From Candidatus Saccharimonadia bacterium (lineage in GTDB: Bacteria; Patescibacteriota; Saccharimonadia; CAILAD01; CAZGYV01), in contig JAYRII010000012.1 in NCBI GenBank assembly GCA_041906885.1, forward strand, positions 94,955 through 158,954: a stretch of DNA of 64,000 bases. The letters run 5' to 3'. The notes under the pieces were generated by a model. It saw only the letters and a list, made by a program, of their open reading frames with translations, was not told the DNA's origin and made no database searches. The first letter of the stretch is position 1; each line of letters opens with the position of its first letter. This document shows, piece after piece, positions 8,575 through 17,734 of the stretch. The position numbers and the translations under genes were made by a program.

Positions 8575-9064
8575 ACTTTAGATAAACCCCAACGGCGATG
8601 CCAATAGCACAGGCCACACCGCCGATTACTAGTACTTCGAGGCCGCTACGCAGGGGAGAGCGGCCGGTAATCTTGCCTTTGCCAAGCCCCAGTATAAAAA
8701 GCCCGACTAAAGCTAAAATGACACTGACTACCACCGAGATAGAAGGTGGCAAAAGCACAATCGGCGCGATTGGTAGCAATCCAGCCATAAAGTAGGCTAT
8801 AAACATAATTATGCCACCAAATACTGGCCGATCTTTGGCCTGGCCGTGCTTTAGCTCGTTGGTGGTTTGTTCGCTCAAAAATTCGCCAGCCGCCATCGAG
8901 ATACCAACAATACCAGCCAGGACAATAAATTTTGGATCTTGCGTACCGGCGCCAATGCCGGCGATTAGGCCCGTTGTAGACACCAGACTGTCTTCAATGC
9001 CAAAGAATGCACTACGCAAGTAGTCGCCCGACACTCTGTGGCGATGCTGTTTATGTCTACCCAT
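8561..9064 (-). CDS. VIT1/CCC1-family membrane protein (putative Fe/Mn transporter)
   Basis: Gly-rich TM helices GLIAGIGAGTQD...MAAGEFLSE pattern. Confidence 0.5.
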   Translation of the reverse strand: MGRHKQHRHRVSGDYLRSAFFGIEDSLVSTTGLIAGIGAGTQDPKFIVLAGIVGISMAAGEFLSEQTTNELKHGQAKDRPVFGGIIMFIAYFMAGLLPIAPIVLLPPSISVVVSVILALVGLFILGLGKGKITGRSPLRSGLEVLVIGGVACAIGIAVGVYLKSSSI

Positions 9065-9133
9065 AAATAAATTATAACCTAAAAAGCTTGAGCTTATATA
9101 AAAAAGCTAAAAAGTCGTAAAAAACTCTTGCCA

Positions 9134-9180
9134 GTGGGTATAGTAAAGTATTATACTGATTGTAGTGGGTGAAAGTGGGT
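9134..9180 (+). promoter_or_regulatory. putative MraZ operator: GTGGGT at 9134, then GTGGG-tgaaa-GTGGG at 9165/9175 (5-nt spacer)
   Basis: matches the known MraZ GTGGG direct-repeat operator architecture; location upstream of mraZ. Confidence 0.45.
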
Positions 9181-9228
9181 AATACTAAACAATAGAAATA
9201 AGTCAAAAGAAAGCCACCACTTTTTAAG

Positions 9229-9600
9229 ATGAACACACGAGAAATAGATTACTTTGAAAGAAAGCTTGATGATAAGAATCGCTTATCAATTCCAACCGCC
9301 TTGCAAGAAGAATTTGGCGAAAGAGTTGTGATCACTCGTGGATTTGGCGATTATCTTCATCTCTACCCTGAAAAGGTATGGAATATAGACATGGAATCGG
9401 CCTTAGCTGGAGATATTCTCGATGAGCGAGTAGCTGATCTTAATGTCAAATTCCGCACCGGAAAAGTGATCGCTACCTTGGACAAAAAACAAGGTCGGAT
9501 CACACTTGAATCTCATCATTTGGTGTACGCGCGGATTGATCGCGATGTAGTTGCCGTACGAGCTGGCAAATACTGGCGCATTCAACCAAAAAAACACTAA
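9229..9600 (+). CDS. mraZ: transcriptional regulator MraZ
   Basis: two DXXXR motifs (LDDKNRLSIP; LDKKQGRITL), ~123 aa, first gene of dcw cluster. Confidence 0.85.
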   Translation: MNTREIDYFERKLDDKNRLSIPTALQEEFGERVVITRGFGDYLHLYPEKVWNIDMESALAGDILDERVADLNVKFRTGKVIATLDKKQGRITLESHHLVYARIDRDVVAVRAGKYWRIQPKKH

Positions 9601-9919
9601 TTGATGGGGTTTAAAAAATAAACCAAGCAACTTGAAAAAACAAAAATAAAAATATCAAGATCAGCTATTCGGCAGTCAGTAAGCGCATCAAAGTAACGAG
9701 CGGCGCTTACCAACTGCTCTGACGTACCTTTTTAAAGATCAAAGGAAACAAAACTCCACCTCACAAACTTTAACTCTTGTATCTTGGACTTATTCTTTTA
9801 CTATAAGCATAAGTCCTTGCCACACAATCGTTGGGACACCTTACTAGTCCTAACAAACACTTTTTCAAAAACAAAAACAAACATAGACAACTGGCTGCTG
9901 AATAGGTAACCTTGACAAT

Positions 9920-10822
9920 ATGGAACCACACAACCCAGTCTTAATTGACAGTGTATTAGATGTGACGAGTTCGCATTATGGAGATAGATATTTGGATTTG
10001 ACAGCAGGATATGGTGGGCATGCAGCAAAAGTATTAGAAAGAGTTGGCGCAAAAGGACAAGCCTGGCTGTATGATCAAGACGACGAAGCGATTGACCACC
10101 TGCGACGTAAATTTAAGGACGCCTCAAATGTTGTGATCACGAAGAGTAATTTTAACGAGATTGATTTTCGCACTTTGCCAGATTTTGAGAGTATTTTGAT
10201 GGACTTAGGCGTCAGCTCACCACAGCTAGATGAGCCGTCAAGGGGATTTAGCTTTAACAAAGAGGCGGATTTAGATATGCGTATGGATAGAACTCGCGAG
10301 CTTGATGCGCGTGAGATTGTGAATACTTATGATGAGAAGAAGTTAGCAGATATTTTTTATCGATACGGCGAAGAGCGTAAGAGTAGACAGGTCGCGAGGG
10401 CAATTTGTGAAGCAAGGAGGGTGAGACCAATTGCAAGCACAATAGAACTGGCTAGTATCATCGAGAGGGTTGTGAAAAAAAGTAATAAAATCCATCCTGC
10501 TACGAAGGTTTTTCAGGCTCTACGTATCGAAGTTAATGATGAGCTTAGCGTACTTGAGGACGCTTTACCGAAGATTGTTACTAAGCTCACGCCAGGTGGC
10601 AGATTGGTGATTATTACCTTTCATTCACTCGAAGATCGGATCGTTAAACAGTACTTTAAATCACTTGTGACGCTAGAGCGTGATAACTTTGGACATGAAA
10701 TTGGGGTTCCACAATTCAAATTAGTTACCAAACGTCCGATTAAAGGTTCGGTAGTAGACCGAAATAATCCCCGTAGCAGGAGTGCTAAGCTCCGCGCTAT
10801 CGAGAAAATCAAACAAAAATAA
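9920..10822 (+). CDS. rsmH: 16S rRNA (cytosine1402-N4)-methyltransferase RsmH
   Basis: DLTAGYGGHA SAM-binding motif, length 300 aa, position after mraZ. Confidence 0.9.
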   Translation: MEPHNPVLIDSVLDVTSSHYGDRYLDLTAGYGGHAAKVLERVGAKGQAWLYDQDDEAIDHLRRKFKDASNVVITKSNFNEIDFRTLPDFESILMDLGVSSPQLDEPSRGFSFNKEADLDMRMDRTRELDAREIVNTYDEKKLADIFYRYGEERKSRQVARAICEARRVRPIASTIELASIIERVVKKSNKIHPATKVFQALRIEVNDELSVLEDALPKIVTKLTPGGRLVIITFHSLEDRIVKQYFKSLVTLERDNFGHEIGVPQFKLVTKRPIKGSVVDRNNPRSRSAKLRAIEKIKQK

Positions 10823-11021
10823 AAAGGAGGCGAGTATGACATTAGTAGTCAAGAATCTTAGACCAAGAGCGGTCAAGCTAAAAGTCCGCGTCGTAAAATA
10901 ATTCATTTGAGTACTGCTTGACTAGTAGAAATAATACATCAGCAGTACCTCAAGTAGGCTTGAATAGAACAATCATTCAAGCCTCGTCATCATAAAAACA
11001 AAAATCAAAGGAAAAATAAAC

Positions 11022-11348
11022 ATGACAACTTCAGCCGTGGCTATGCGCCGCAATCAGAATTTAACCCGTACTAGCACCAGTATACAGTCTGGCCCGTTGA
11101 CGGTTAGTTTTATGTTTATTGCCCTGGTTATTTTATTATCTCTTTTGTATTTAAACCAAGTCACCAAGACATCTACCTTTAACTACAAAATTGCGAATCT
11201 GGATAGCAAGCACAAACAGCTCGAAGCTATGAAAGAAAAAATGCAAATTGATGCAGCCAGACTGCAGTCTCTCTCAAACGTGCGAGATTCCGCTGCAGTT
11301 GGTAAAATGGTAAATGTCGAGAGCGTAAGCTATGCTGATGCGCGATAG
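11022..11348 (+). CDS. ftsL: FtsL-like cell division protein
   Basis: small bitopic protein (TM then coiled-coil-like region) between rsmH and ftsI. Confidence 0.5.
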   Translation: MTTSAVAMRRNQNLTRTSTSIQSGPLTVSFMFIALVILLSLLYLNQVTKTSTFNYKIANLDSKHKQLEAMKEKMQIDAARLQSLSNVRDSAAVGKMVNVESVSYADAR

Positions 11349-11379
11349 TTTATAACTTGATCTAAAACAAGAGGGTATT

Positions 11380-13128
11380 TTGGCTTTTACAGATAATTTG
11401 CGGGCCAGTCGCCGTATTACAATCATCACGGTATTTTTTGCTATCTGCTCGATGGCGGTTACAGCACGCTTATTTGAAGTTCAAGTCGTCAAAAGTCAGG
11501 AGTATATAGCCAAGGCTGACGCTCAACAAGAAAGAAAATTTCAGATCCCAGCAAAGCGTGGGCAAATTTATTTGAGTGAGAATAATGATCTTTATCCAAT
11601 TGCCTTAAATCAGAGCTTAAAGATGCTTTATGTCGATCCCAAGTTTGTGCAAGACCCAGCCCAGTCAGCCCAAAAGCTATCTCAAGTTACTGGCCTTGAC
11701 CAAGTCAAACTAGAAAAAATTTTAACTTTTGATGGCAAGAAACGCTATGAAGTCATAAAAGAAAAGGTCTCGGCTGAAGAGTCTGCCAAGATTCAAGCTC
11801 TTAGGTTGCAAGGCGTGGTGCTAGCGGACAAGGACTACCGTTATTATCCTGAGGCGAATTTGTTTTCGCATGTCTTAGGCTATGTCAACATCGATGGAGA
11901 GGGTCAATATGGTATCGAACAATACCTCAACGATGATTTGACAGGCCAGCCGGGCCAGGTTAAGGCAGTGACTGATAGCTTCGGTGTGCCAATCGTCAGT
12001 CAGGAAAACACCATCAATGACCCGAAGAATGGTAATAGCTATATCTTGACGATTGATCGTTCGATTCAAAATATTGCTGACCGTGCTCTAAAGGATGCAG
12101 TTGAGAAAAACAAAGCTGAATCGGGCAGTATCGTGGTAATGGATCCCAAAACGGGCGCCATTAAAGCACTGGTCAATTATCCTAACTTTGACCCCAATAA
12201 TTATGCCAGCGTGAAGCCGGAAGATTATCGCCGTTTCATCAATAGTACCGTCTCAAATCAATTTGAACCGGGCTCTGGCTTTAAAGTTTTCACTATGTCA
12301 GCTGGTATTGATACGGGCAAGGTCAAAGCCGATACGACCTATAATGATACTGGTGAGGTTAAAGTGGCCGATCGCACCATCAAGAACGCTGAAAATCATA
12401 AGTTTGGTATTCAAACTATGACAGATGTCATTCAGAAGTCACTTAATACTGGCGTGGTTTTTGTCTTAAAGCAGCTTGGCGGTGATTCAAATAAAATTAC
12501 CAGGGCTGGTAAAGAAATATTTTATAAATACATCAGAGACTTTGGTTTTGGTGAACGAACTGGTATCGAGCAGGCTGGTGAAGCTACGGGCAAGGTCAGG
12601 GATGCTAAAGCTTCAGATGTGGATTATGCTAATATGACTTTTGGCCAGGGCTTATCAACCACGACAATTCAGATGGTTCAGGCAGTCGGTGCGATTGCCA
12701 ATGGCGGTACCATATACCAACCTTATTTGGTCGACAAGACTATCAATGCCGATCAAGATGTTGTGGATAATAAGCCAAAGGTAGTTAAGGATCGAGTTAT
12801 TAGTAAGCAATCGGCTGCAATTGTCGCTTCGATGATGCAAAAAGTTGTTGAGCATGGTTCTGGCTATGCGACCAGGATTAAAGGTTATAACATTGCCGGT
12901 AAAACTGGAACAGCTCAGGTACCTCGGGCAGATGGACAGGGTTACGATGAGGATAAAAATATTGGTAGTTTTGTTGGTTTTGCTCCAACCGAAGATCCGA
13001 AGTTCGTCATGATGGTTAGGATTGACTATCCGCATGTCTCTGGCTTTGCTGAGAAAACTGCCGTACCGGCTTTTGCGATAGTAGCAAAAGAACTATTAAA
13101 GTATTATCAGATACCTCCTAGTAGCTAG
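11380..13128 (+). CDS. ftsI: penicillin-binding protein 3 / FtsI transpeptidase
   Basis: SGFK (SxxK), SLN, KTGTA motifs; N-terminal TM; PBP dimerisation region. Confidence 0.85.
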   Translation: MAFTDNLRASRRITIITVFFAICSMAVTARLFEVQVVKSQEYIAKADAQQERKFQIPAKRGQIYLSENNDLYPIALNQSLKMLYVDPKFVQDPAQSAQKLSQVTGLDQVKLEKILTFDGKKRYEVIKEKVSAEESAKIQALRLQGVVLADKDYRYYPEANLFSHVLGYVNIDGEGQYGIEQYLNDDLTGQPGQVKAVTDSFGVPIVSQENTINDPKNGNSYILTIDRSIQNIADRALKDAVEKNKAESGSIVVMDPKTGAIKALVNYPNFDPNNYASVKPEDYRRFINSTVSNQFEPGSGFKVFTMSAGIDTGKVKADTTYNDTGEVKVADRTIKNAENHKFGIQTMTDVIQKSLNTGVVFVLKQLGGDSNKITRAGKEIFYKYIRDFGFGERTGIEQAGEATGKVRDAKASDVDYANMTFGQGLSTTTIQMVQAVGAIANGGTIYQPYLVDKTINADQDVVDNKPKVVKDRVISKQSAAIVASMMQKVVEHGSGYATRIKGYNIAGKTGTAQVPRADGQGYDEDKNIGSFVGFAPTEDPKFVMMVRIDYPHVSGFAEKTAVPAFAIVAKELLKYYQIPPSS

Positions 13129-13150
13129 TATGATAAAATAATTATATAAA

Positions 13151-14176
13151 ATGACAGAAATCACCATAATTTCACAACTGATGCGTATCTTGCTTCTAGC
13201 TTTTTCTAGCTTCTTGCTGGCAATGTGCTTAACACCGGTTTATACCCACTTTGCTTACAAGCATAAGTGGTGGAAGCAGGTGCGTGATACCACTACAACG
13301 GGAGAAAAAGCACCGGTATTTTATAAGCTTCACGCCGCGAAGCACAAACGACATATTCCGACAATGGCCGGGCTTATTATGATAGTGGTGGTCTCAATTA
13401 TTACACTTTTGTTCAACTGGAGTCGATCGCAAACCTACTTGCCGCTTTTCGGGTTGGTTTGCGCTGGAGCAGTTGGCTTGATCGATGACATTATAAATAT
13501 TAGGGGTGATGGTAAAGGGGTGGCGGGTATGCGTGGTAAGATAAAATTTGGTTTGATTCTGACAATCGCGGTCGTTGGCGCTTTGTATTTCTACTTCAAG
13601 CTTGGCTATGACTTGCTGCACATTCCGGCGGTCGGCACATTTAGTATTGGCTGGCTTTATATGCCGCTCTTTGTCTTGGTGGTAATATGCACGGCTAATG
13701 CGGTTAATATTACAGACGGTCTCGACGGTTTGTCGGGAGGGCTTTTGGCGACAGCTTTTAGTGCTTTTGCAGTGATTGCTTTTGCTCAGGGTAATTTTGG
13801 TATCGCCACATTTTGTGCCACGGTTGTCGGTGCAGTATTGGCCTATACTTGGTTTAACATTTTTCCGGCTCGGTTTTTCATGGGTGATTCGGGGGCGTTT
13901 GCACTTGGTACGGCATTGGGTGTAATTGCGATGTTGACTGATTCAGCCTTAGTTTTACCGATCATCGGAGCTGTCTTTGTGGCTGAAGCTGGCTCCAGTG
14001 TCTTACAAATAGTCTCCAAAAAACTATTTAATCAAAAAATATTTTTGTCAGCTCCATTACATCATCATCTAGAAGCTAAAGGCTGGCCAGAGACTAAGGT
14101 CACTATGCGTCTGTGGATTATTGGTGCGGCTGTTGGTATCTTGGGTCTGATTATTGGTCTGATTGCACGCGGGTAG
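13151..14176 (+). CDS. mraY: phospho-N-acetylmuramoyl-pentapeptide transferase MraY
   Basis: NITDGLDGL motif, ~10 TM helices. Confidence 0.9.
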   Translation: MTEITIISQLMRILLLAFSSFLLAMCLTPVYTHFAYKHKWWKQVRDTTTTGEKAPVFYKLHAAKHKRHIPTMAGLIMIVVVSIITLLFNWSRSQTYLPLFGLVCAGAVGLIDDIINIRGDGKGVAGMRGKIKFGLILTIAVVGALYFYFKLGYDLLHIPAVGTFSIGWLYMPLFVLVVICTANAVNITDGLDGLSGGLLATAFSAFAVIAFAQGNFGIATFCATVVGAVLAYTWFNIFPARFFMGDSGAFALGTALGVIAMLTDSALVLPIIGAVFVAEAGSSVLQIVSKKLFNQKIFLSAPLHHHLEAKGWPETKVTMRLWIIGAAVGILGLIIGLIARG

Positions 14177-14181
14177 ATCGT

Positions 14182-15414
14182 TTGAGAGCAAATCGCACCA
14201 GTACAAAAATTAATCAACCTCACCGGCCAGACTATATAATCGCAGTTTTTGTTATCACTTTAATTGCGATTGGGTTAGTTATGATCTATTCGACTGGGTC
14301 AATTGTCAGCTTTAATGTTACCGGTGGCTCATCGGATAAGAATACGTTTTTCTACACTCAGTTGATTAGTTTTTGTTTGGGTTTGGTTGCCTGGTATGGA
14401 GTAAGTAAGGTTGATTACCATAAGTGGCGCAAATGGGCTCCGTGGATATTTTATTGTTCACTGGTATTGATGTTTTTAGTGCTAATTCCTCAGTTTTCAA
14501 TGGCTACCAAGGGTGCCACGAGGTGGCTGAAAATAGGTATTTTGCCAGGTTTCCAGCCGGTAGAATTTTTTAAGCTCGGCCTGGTGCTCTATTTGGCATC
14601 GTGGATCGAGAAAAATCGTGAGAATCTTGGCAAGATATCTACCGGCCTGATTCCATTTCTTATCATAATTGGTTTAATCTCCGTTCTGGTGATGGTTATC
14701 CAAAAAGATATGGGGAGTGCAGCGGTGCTTGTTGGTGCGGCATTGAGCATCTATTTTATCTCCGGTGTGCCACTTTGGATTTTCGGTGCGGGAGTAGCTT
14801 CGCTGCTCGCTGGTGCTACTATGATGGTAATGATATTTCCGTATAGATTAGCTCGGGTTTTGACATTCATCAACCACAAGGAAGATACTGCCGGTAGCGG
14901 CTATCATATAAATCAAGCTTTAATTGCATTAGGCAGCGGTGGCATTCTAGGCAAAGGGCTGGGCAAGACCCTGCAGGCTTATGGCTATTTACCAGAATCT
15001 ACTAATGATTCGATTTTTGCTATTATCGGCGAAGAATTCGGGCTTTGGGGCGCAATGTTGGTTATAATGTTATTTAGCGGATTGGTTTATCGGGGCTTAC
15101 GCATTAGCCGTCATGCTCCTGATGGATTTGGTAGATCGGTAGCAATTGGTATCACGGCATGGATTGGCTTCCAGGCACTGATTAATGTCGCTGCCATGCT
15201 CAACCTGATACCATTAACGGGCATTCCGTTGCCATTTATCAGCTACGGTGGCACCAGCTTGCTGGCCCTCTTGGCTGCAGTTGGTATCTTGCAGAATATA
15301 TCAAAATTCACATATAAAGAGGCAATTCATGAGAGTAGCAGTATCAGGCGGGGGAACCGCCGGCCATATAGCGCCAATTCTGGCAATGCTCGAAGAGTTA
15401 AAATCGTACAATAA
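14182..15414 (+). CDS. ftsW: SEDS-family cell division protein FtsW (track ORF from ATG 14113 overlaps mraY; in-frame TTG 14182 more plausible)
   Basis: polytopic SEDS pattern; C-terminal SYGGTSLLA-like region. Confidence 0.8.
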   Translation: MRANRTSTKINQPHRPDYIIAVFVITLIAIGLVMIYSTGSIVSFNVTGGSSDKNTFFYTQLISFCLGLVAWYGVSKVDYHKWRKWAPWIFYCSLVLMFLVLIPQFSMATKGATRWLKIGILPGFQPVEFFKLGLVLYLASWIEKNRENLGKISTGLIPFLIIIGLISVLVMVIQKDMGSAAVLVGAALSIYFISGVPLWIFGAGVASLLAGATMMVMIFPYRLARVLTFINHKEDTAGSGYHINQALIALGSGGILGKGLGKTLQAYGYLPESTNDSIFAIIGEEFGLWGAMLVIMLFSGLVYRGLRISRHAPDGFGRSVAIGITAWIGFQALINVAAMLNLIPLTGIPLPFISYGGTSLLALLAAVGILQNISKFTYKEAIHESSSIRRGNRRPYSANSGNARRVKIVQ

Positions 15415-16486
15415 GTCAATAGAGATCTTATTTATTGGATCGGGAGGCTCGATTGAGAAAAAAATTCTTGAAGGGGTTGGTTTGCAGTACGTTCAAATTC
15501 CTGCCGGCAAGTTCAGGCGTTACAATCGCTCCATTATCCAGGCTGCTCTTGATGTCAAAACCAACTGGAAGAATACAAAAGATTTTTTTAGATTTAATGC
15601 CGGTATTTTGAAAGCGCACAAGATCTTGCGTAAGTTTGATCCGGACGTTGTTTTTGTCAAAGGGGGCTTTGTCGGCTTACCGGTTGGGATTGCTGCCCGA
15701 CGCCTGAAGCTGCCACTAGTGATTCATGAATCAGATTTGTCCTTTGGGATGACAAACCAATTTTTAGCCAAATTTGCAGACAAAATTGCCGTTGGCTTTC
15801 CGCTTGAATTTTATCGCCAATTACCACACAAAAATCTAGTTTATACAGGTTCACCCATACCGCGCAGCAGTCTCGTTGGAGATAAGAAGTCTGCCAAGTT
15901 GTATTTTAAGATAACAGAAGAAAAACCGAACATATTTATTACTGGTGGTTCACAAGGGGCTCAGCCTATCAATAAGGTTATCTTCGATAGTTTAGAGCTA
16001 CTGGCCAGGAATTATAATCTTATTCATCAGACAGGGGAGGGTGACATTGAGCGGGCCAGATTTCTGGCTAGTCGCTTGAAGCCAGCGGAGAAGAAGTCGT
16101 ATCGACCTTATAGCTTTCTAAAAACCGAAATGGGCTTGGCTTACGCGCTTGCCGATATCGTAATCTCGAGAGCTGGAGCTAATGCACTGATCAATCTGGC
16201 AGCTTGGCGTAAGCCGTCTATCATTATCCCATTACCGAGCTCTGCCCAGGATCATCAATCCGAAAACGCCCGTTTATTGGCCCGGGCTGGTGCTATTAGG
16301 ATGATGCCACAGGCAAATTTAACAGGTCTGCGATTGGCCTCAGAGATCGATGGAATTTTAAAAAATAAAGAAGCCCAGGCTTATTTGGCTGAAGGCATTC
16401 ACAAATTCTACAATCAAGATGCAGCGGGTGATCTGGCCAAAGTGATTTATGATGTTGGTACGGGCCAGGGGAGCAAAACGCATTGA
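15329..16486 (+). CDS. murG: undecaprenyldiphospho-muramoylpentapeptide beta-N-acetylglucosaminyltransferase MurG
   Basis: GGGTAGHIAP N-terminal motif at internal Met (track ORF starts earlier at 15248). Confidence 0.85.
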   Translation: MRVAVSGGGTAGHIAPILAMLEELKSYNKSIEILFIGSGGSIEKKILEGVGLQYVQIPAGKFRRYNRSIIQAALDVKTNWKNTKDFFRFNAGILKAHKILRKFDPDVVFVKGGFVGLPVGIAARRLKLPLVIHESDLSFGMTNQFLAKFADKIAVGFPLEFYRQLPHKNLVYTGSPIPRSSLVGDKKSAKLYFKITEEKPNIFITGGSQGAQPINKVIFDSLELLARNYNLIHQTGEGDIERARFLASRLKPAEKKSYRPYSFLKTEMGLAYALADIVISRAGANALINLAAWRKPSIIIPLPSSAQDHQSENARLLARAGAIRMMPQANLTGLRLASEIDGILKNKEAQAYLAEGIHKFYNQDAAGDLAKVIYDVGTGQGSKTH

Positions 16487-17292
16487 GGGGCCGCAATGTA
16501 CGTAAGCCATCTCGAATAGCAACCGCACCGGTCTATCGCACCAGGTATACAGAGCCCAAAAAACCGATTCAAATTCGCAATATTGTGCGACCCATATTTT
16601 ATGTTTTTATTGTCAGCTTAGTCTTTTGGTGGATATTTTTGTCGGGATTTTTTACGGTCAAACAAATTGATGTAAAAGGGAATCGAACGGTCTCAGGTAG
16701 AGAAGTTGCGGAGCAATTAACAAATATTATGAATAGCTCGATATTGGGTAAAAATATCATTTTTATAAATACTAATAAACTGGCGGCCCAATTTGCAGAT
16801 AAGCATCCCCAGCTAAGTGGCATTAAGATTAAAAAGAAGTTCTTAAACAAGATCGAGATTAGTCTAACAGAACGACAGGCGTCTCTAATTTGGAAGACAG
16901 GCAATAACCAATTTGTTTTAAGCGAGGATGGTCGGGCATACAGTCAATGGAGCGGGGGGAGTACAAATCTACTGATCGTGACAGATGGTGCTAATCTGCC
17001 AGTTACAATTGGCCAACAGGTGGTACCAGCGAGTTTTATTGTTTTCACGCGCCAGCTGATTTCACGGCTGAACGAACAAAAAATTGCCTACAGCGGTATA
17101 TCTGTTCCTGAAACCACCAGCGAGGTATATATCACAACTAAAGATGGCTACATCTTAAAATTGGATACGACTAGATCGGTTGATGATCAGATAGCAGACC
17201 TAAAGGCAGTGATAGCATTACTGGCTAAACAAAAGAATAAGCCAAAAGAATATATCGATTTAAGGATATCAGGTAAAGTCTTCTATAAATAA
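16483..17292 (+). CDS. ftsQ: FtsQ/DivIB-like cell division protein (POTRA)
   Basis: TTG start overlapping murG stop; TM then VKxIxVxGN POTRA-like start. Confidence 0.65.
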   Translation: MRGRNVRKPSRIATAPVYRTRYTEPKKPIQIRNIVRPIFYVFIVSLVFWWIFLSGFFTVKQIDVKGNRTVSGREVAEQLTNIMNSSILGKNIIFINTNKLAAQFADKHPQLSGIKIKKKFLNKIEISLTERQASLIWKTGNNQFVLSEDGRAYSQWSGGSTNLLIVTDGANLPVTIGQQVVPASFIVFTRQLISRLNEQKIAYSGISVPETTSEVYITTKDGYILKLDTTRSVDDQIADLKAVIALLAKQKNKPKEYIDLRISGKVFYK

Positions 17293-17734
17293 GAACAATT
17301 TATTTAAAAAAATCATTTTGCACTACTTTTAAGTTCGGTATTTGTTTAACGGATAGTTTTAAACGGCGGAATCCTCTCGCGCTCAATAAAAAAAATGATG
17401 AGTTAGAGTGCCAAATAGGCGACAAAACTAAAAAATTTTATATAAATTAAAACATAAATTTATATAGCAAAACTTAATGTTATTTAATAGCACAAGCATG
17501 TTAATGCCTTTTAGTGGTGGTCTAATTTCATCGCAGGCATGCCTATGCTATAGATAGCTTATATCTGTCTATTACAGGAGTGTGTAGCGGCTTGAGTATT
17601 AACCATTTTGGTATATTTATACCTGCATGTGATAATAATACAGTGTCGCAAAATATACATTGTACGACGCTAACATCTATTATTTATCAAATGTGGCAAA
17701 AACACTACAGCACTATTACTTTTGCTTATACTCG

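Noticed and set aside
3000-8600. Whole 3-8.6 kb region as a horizontally acquired GC-rich island
   Set aside because: GC by eye is elevated across recO, glyQS and the receiver gene too, so the compositional shift is not specific to the orphan ORF. Only the 5.86-7.2 kb cassette is flagged, and only tentatively.
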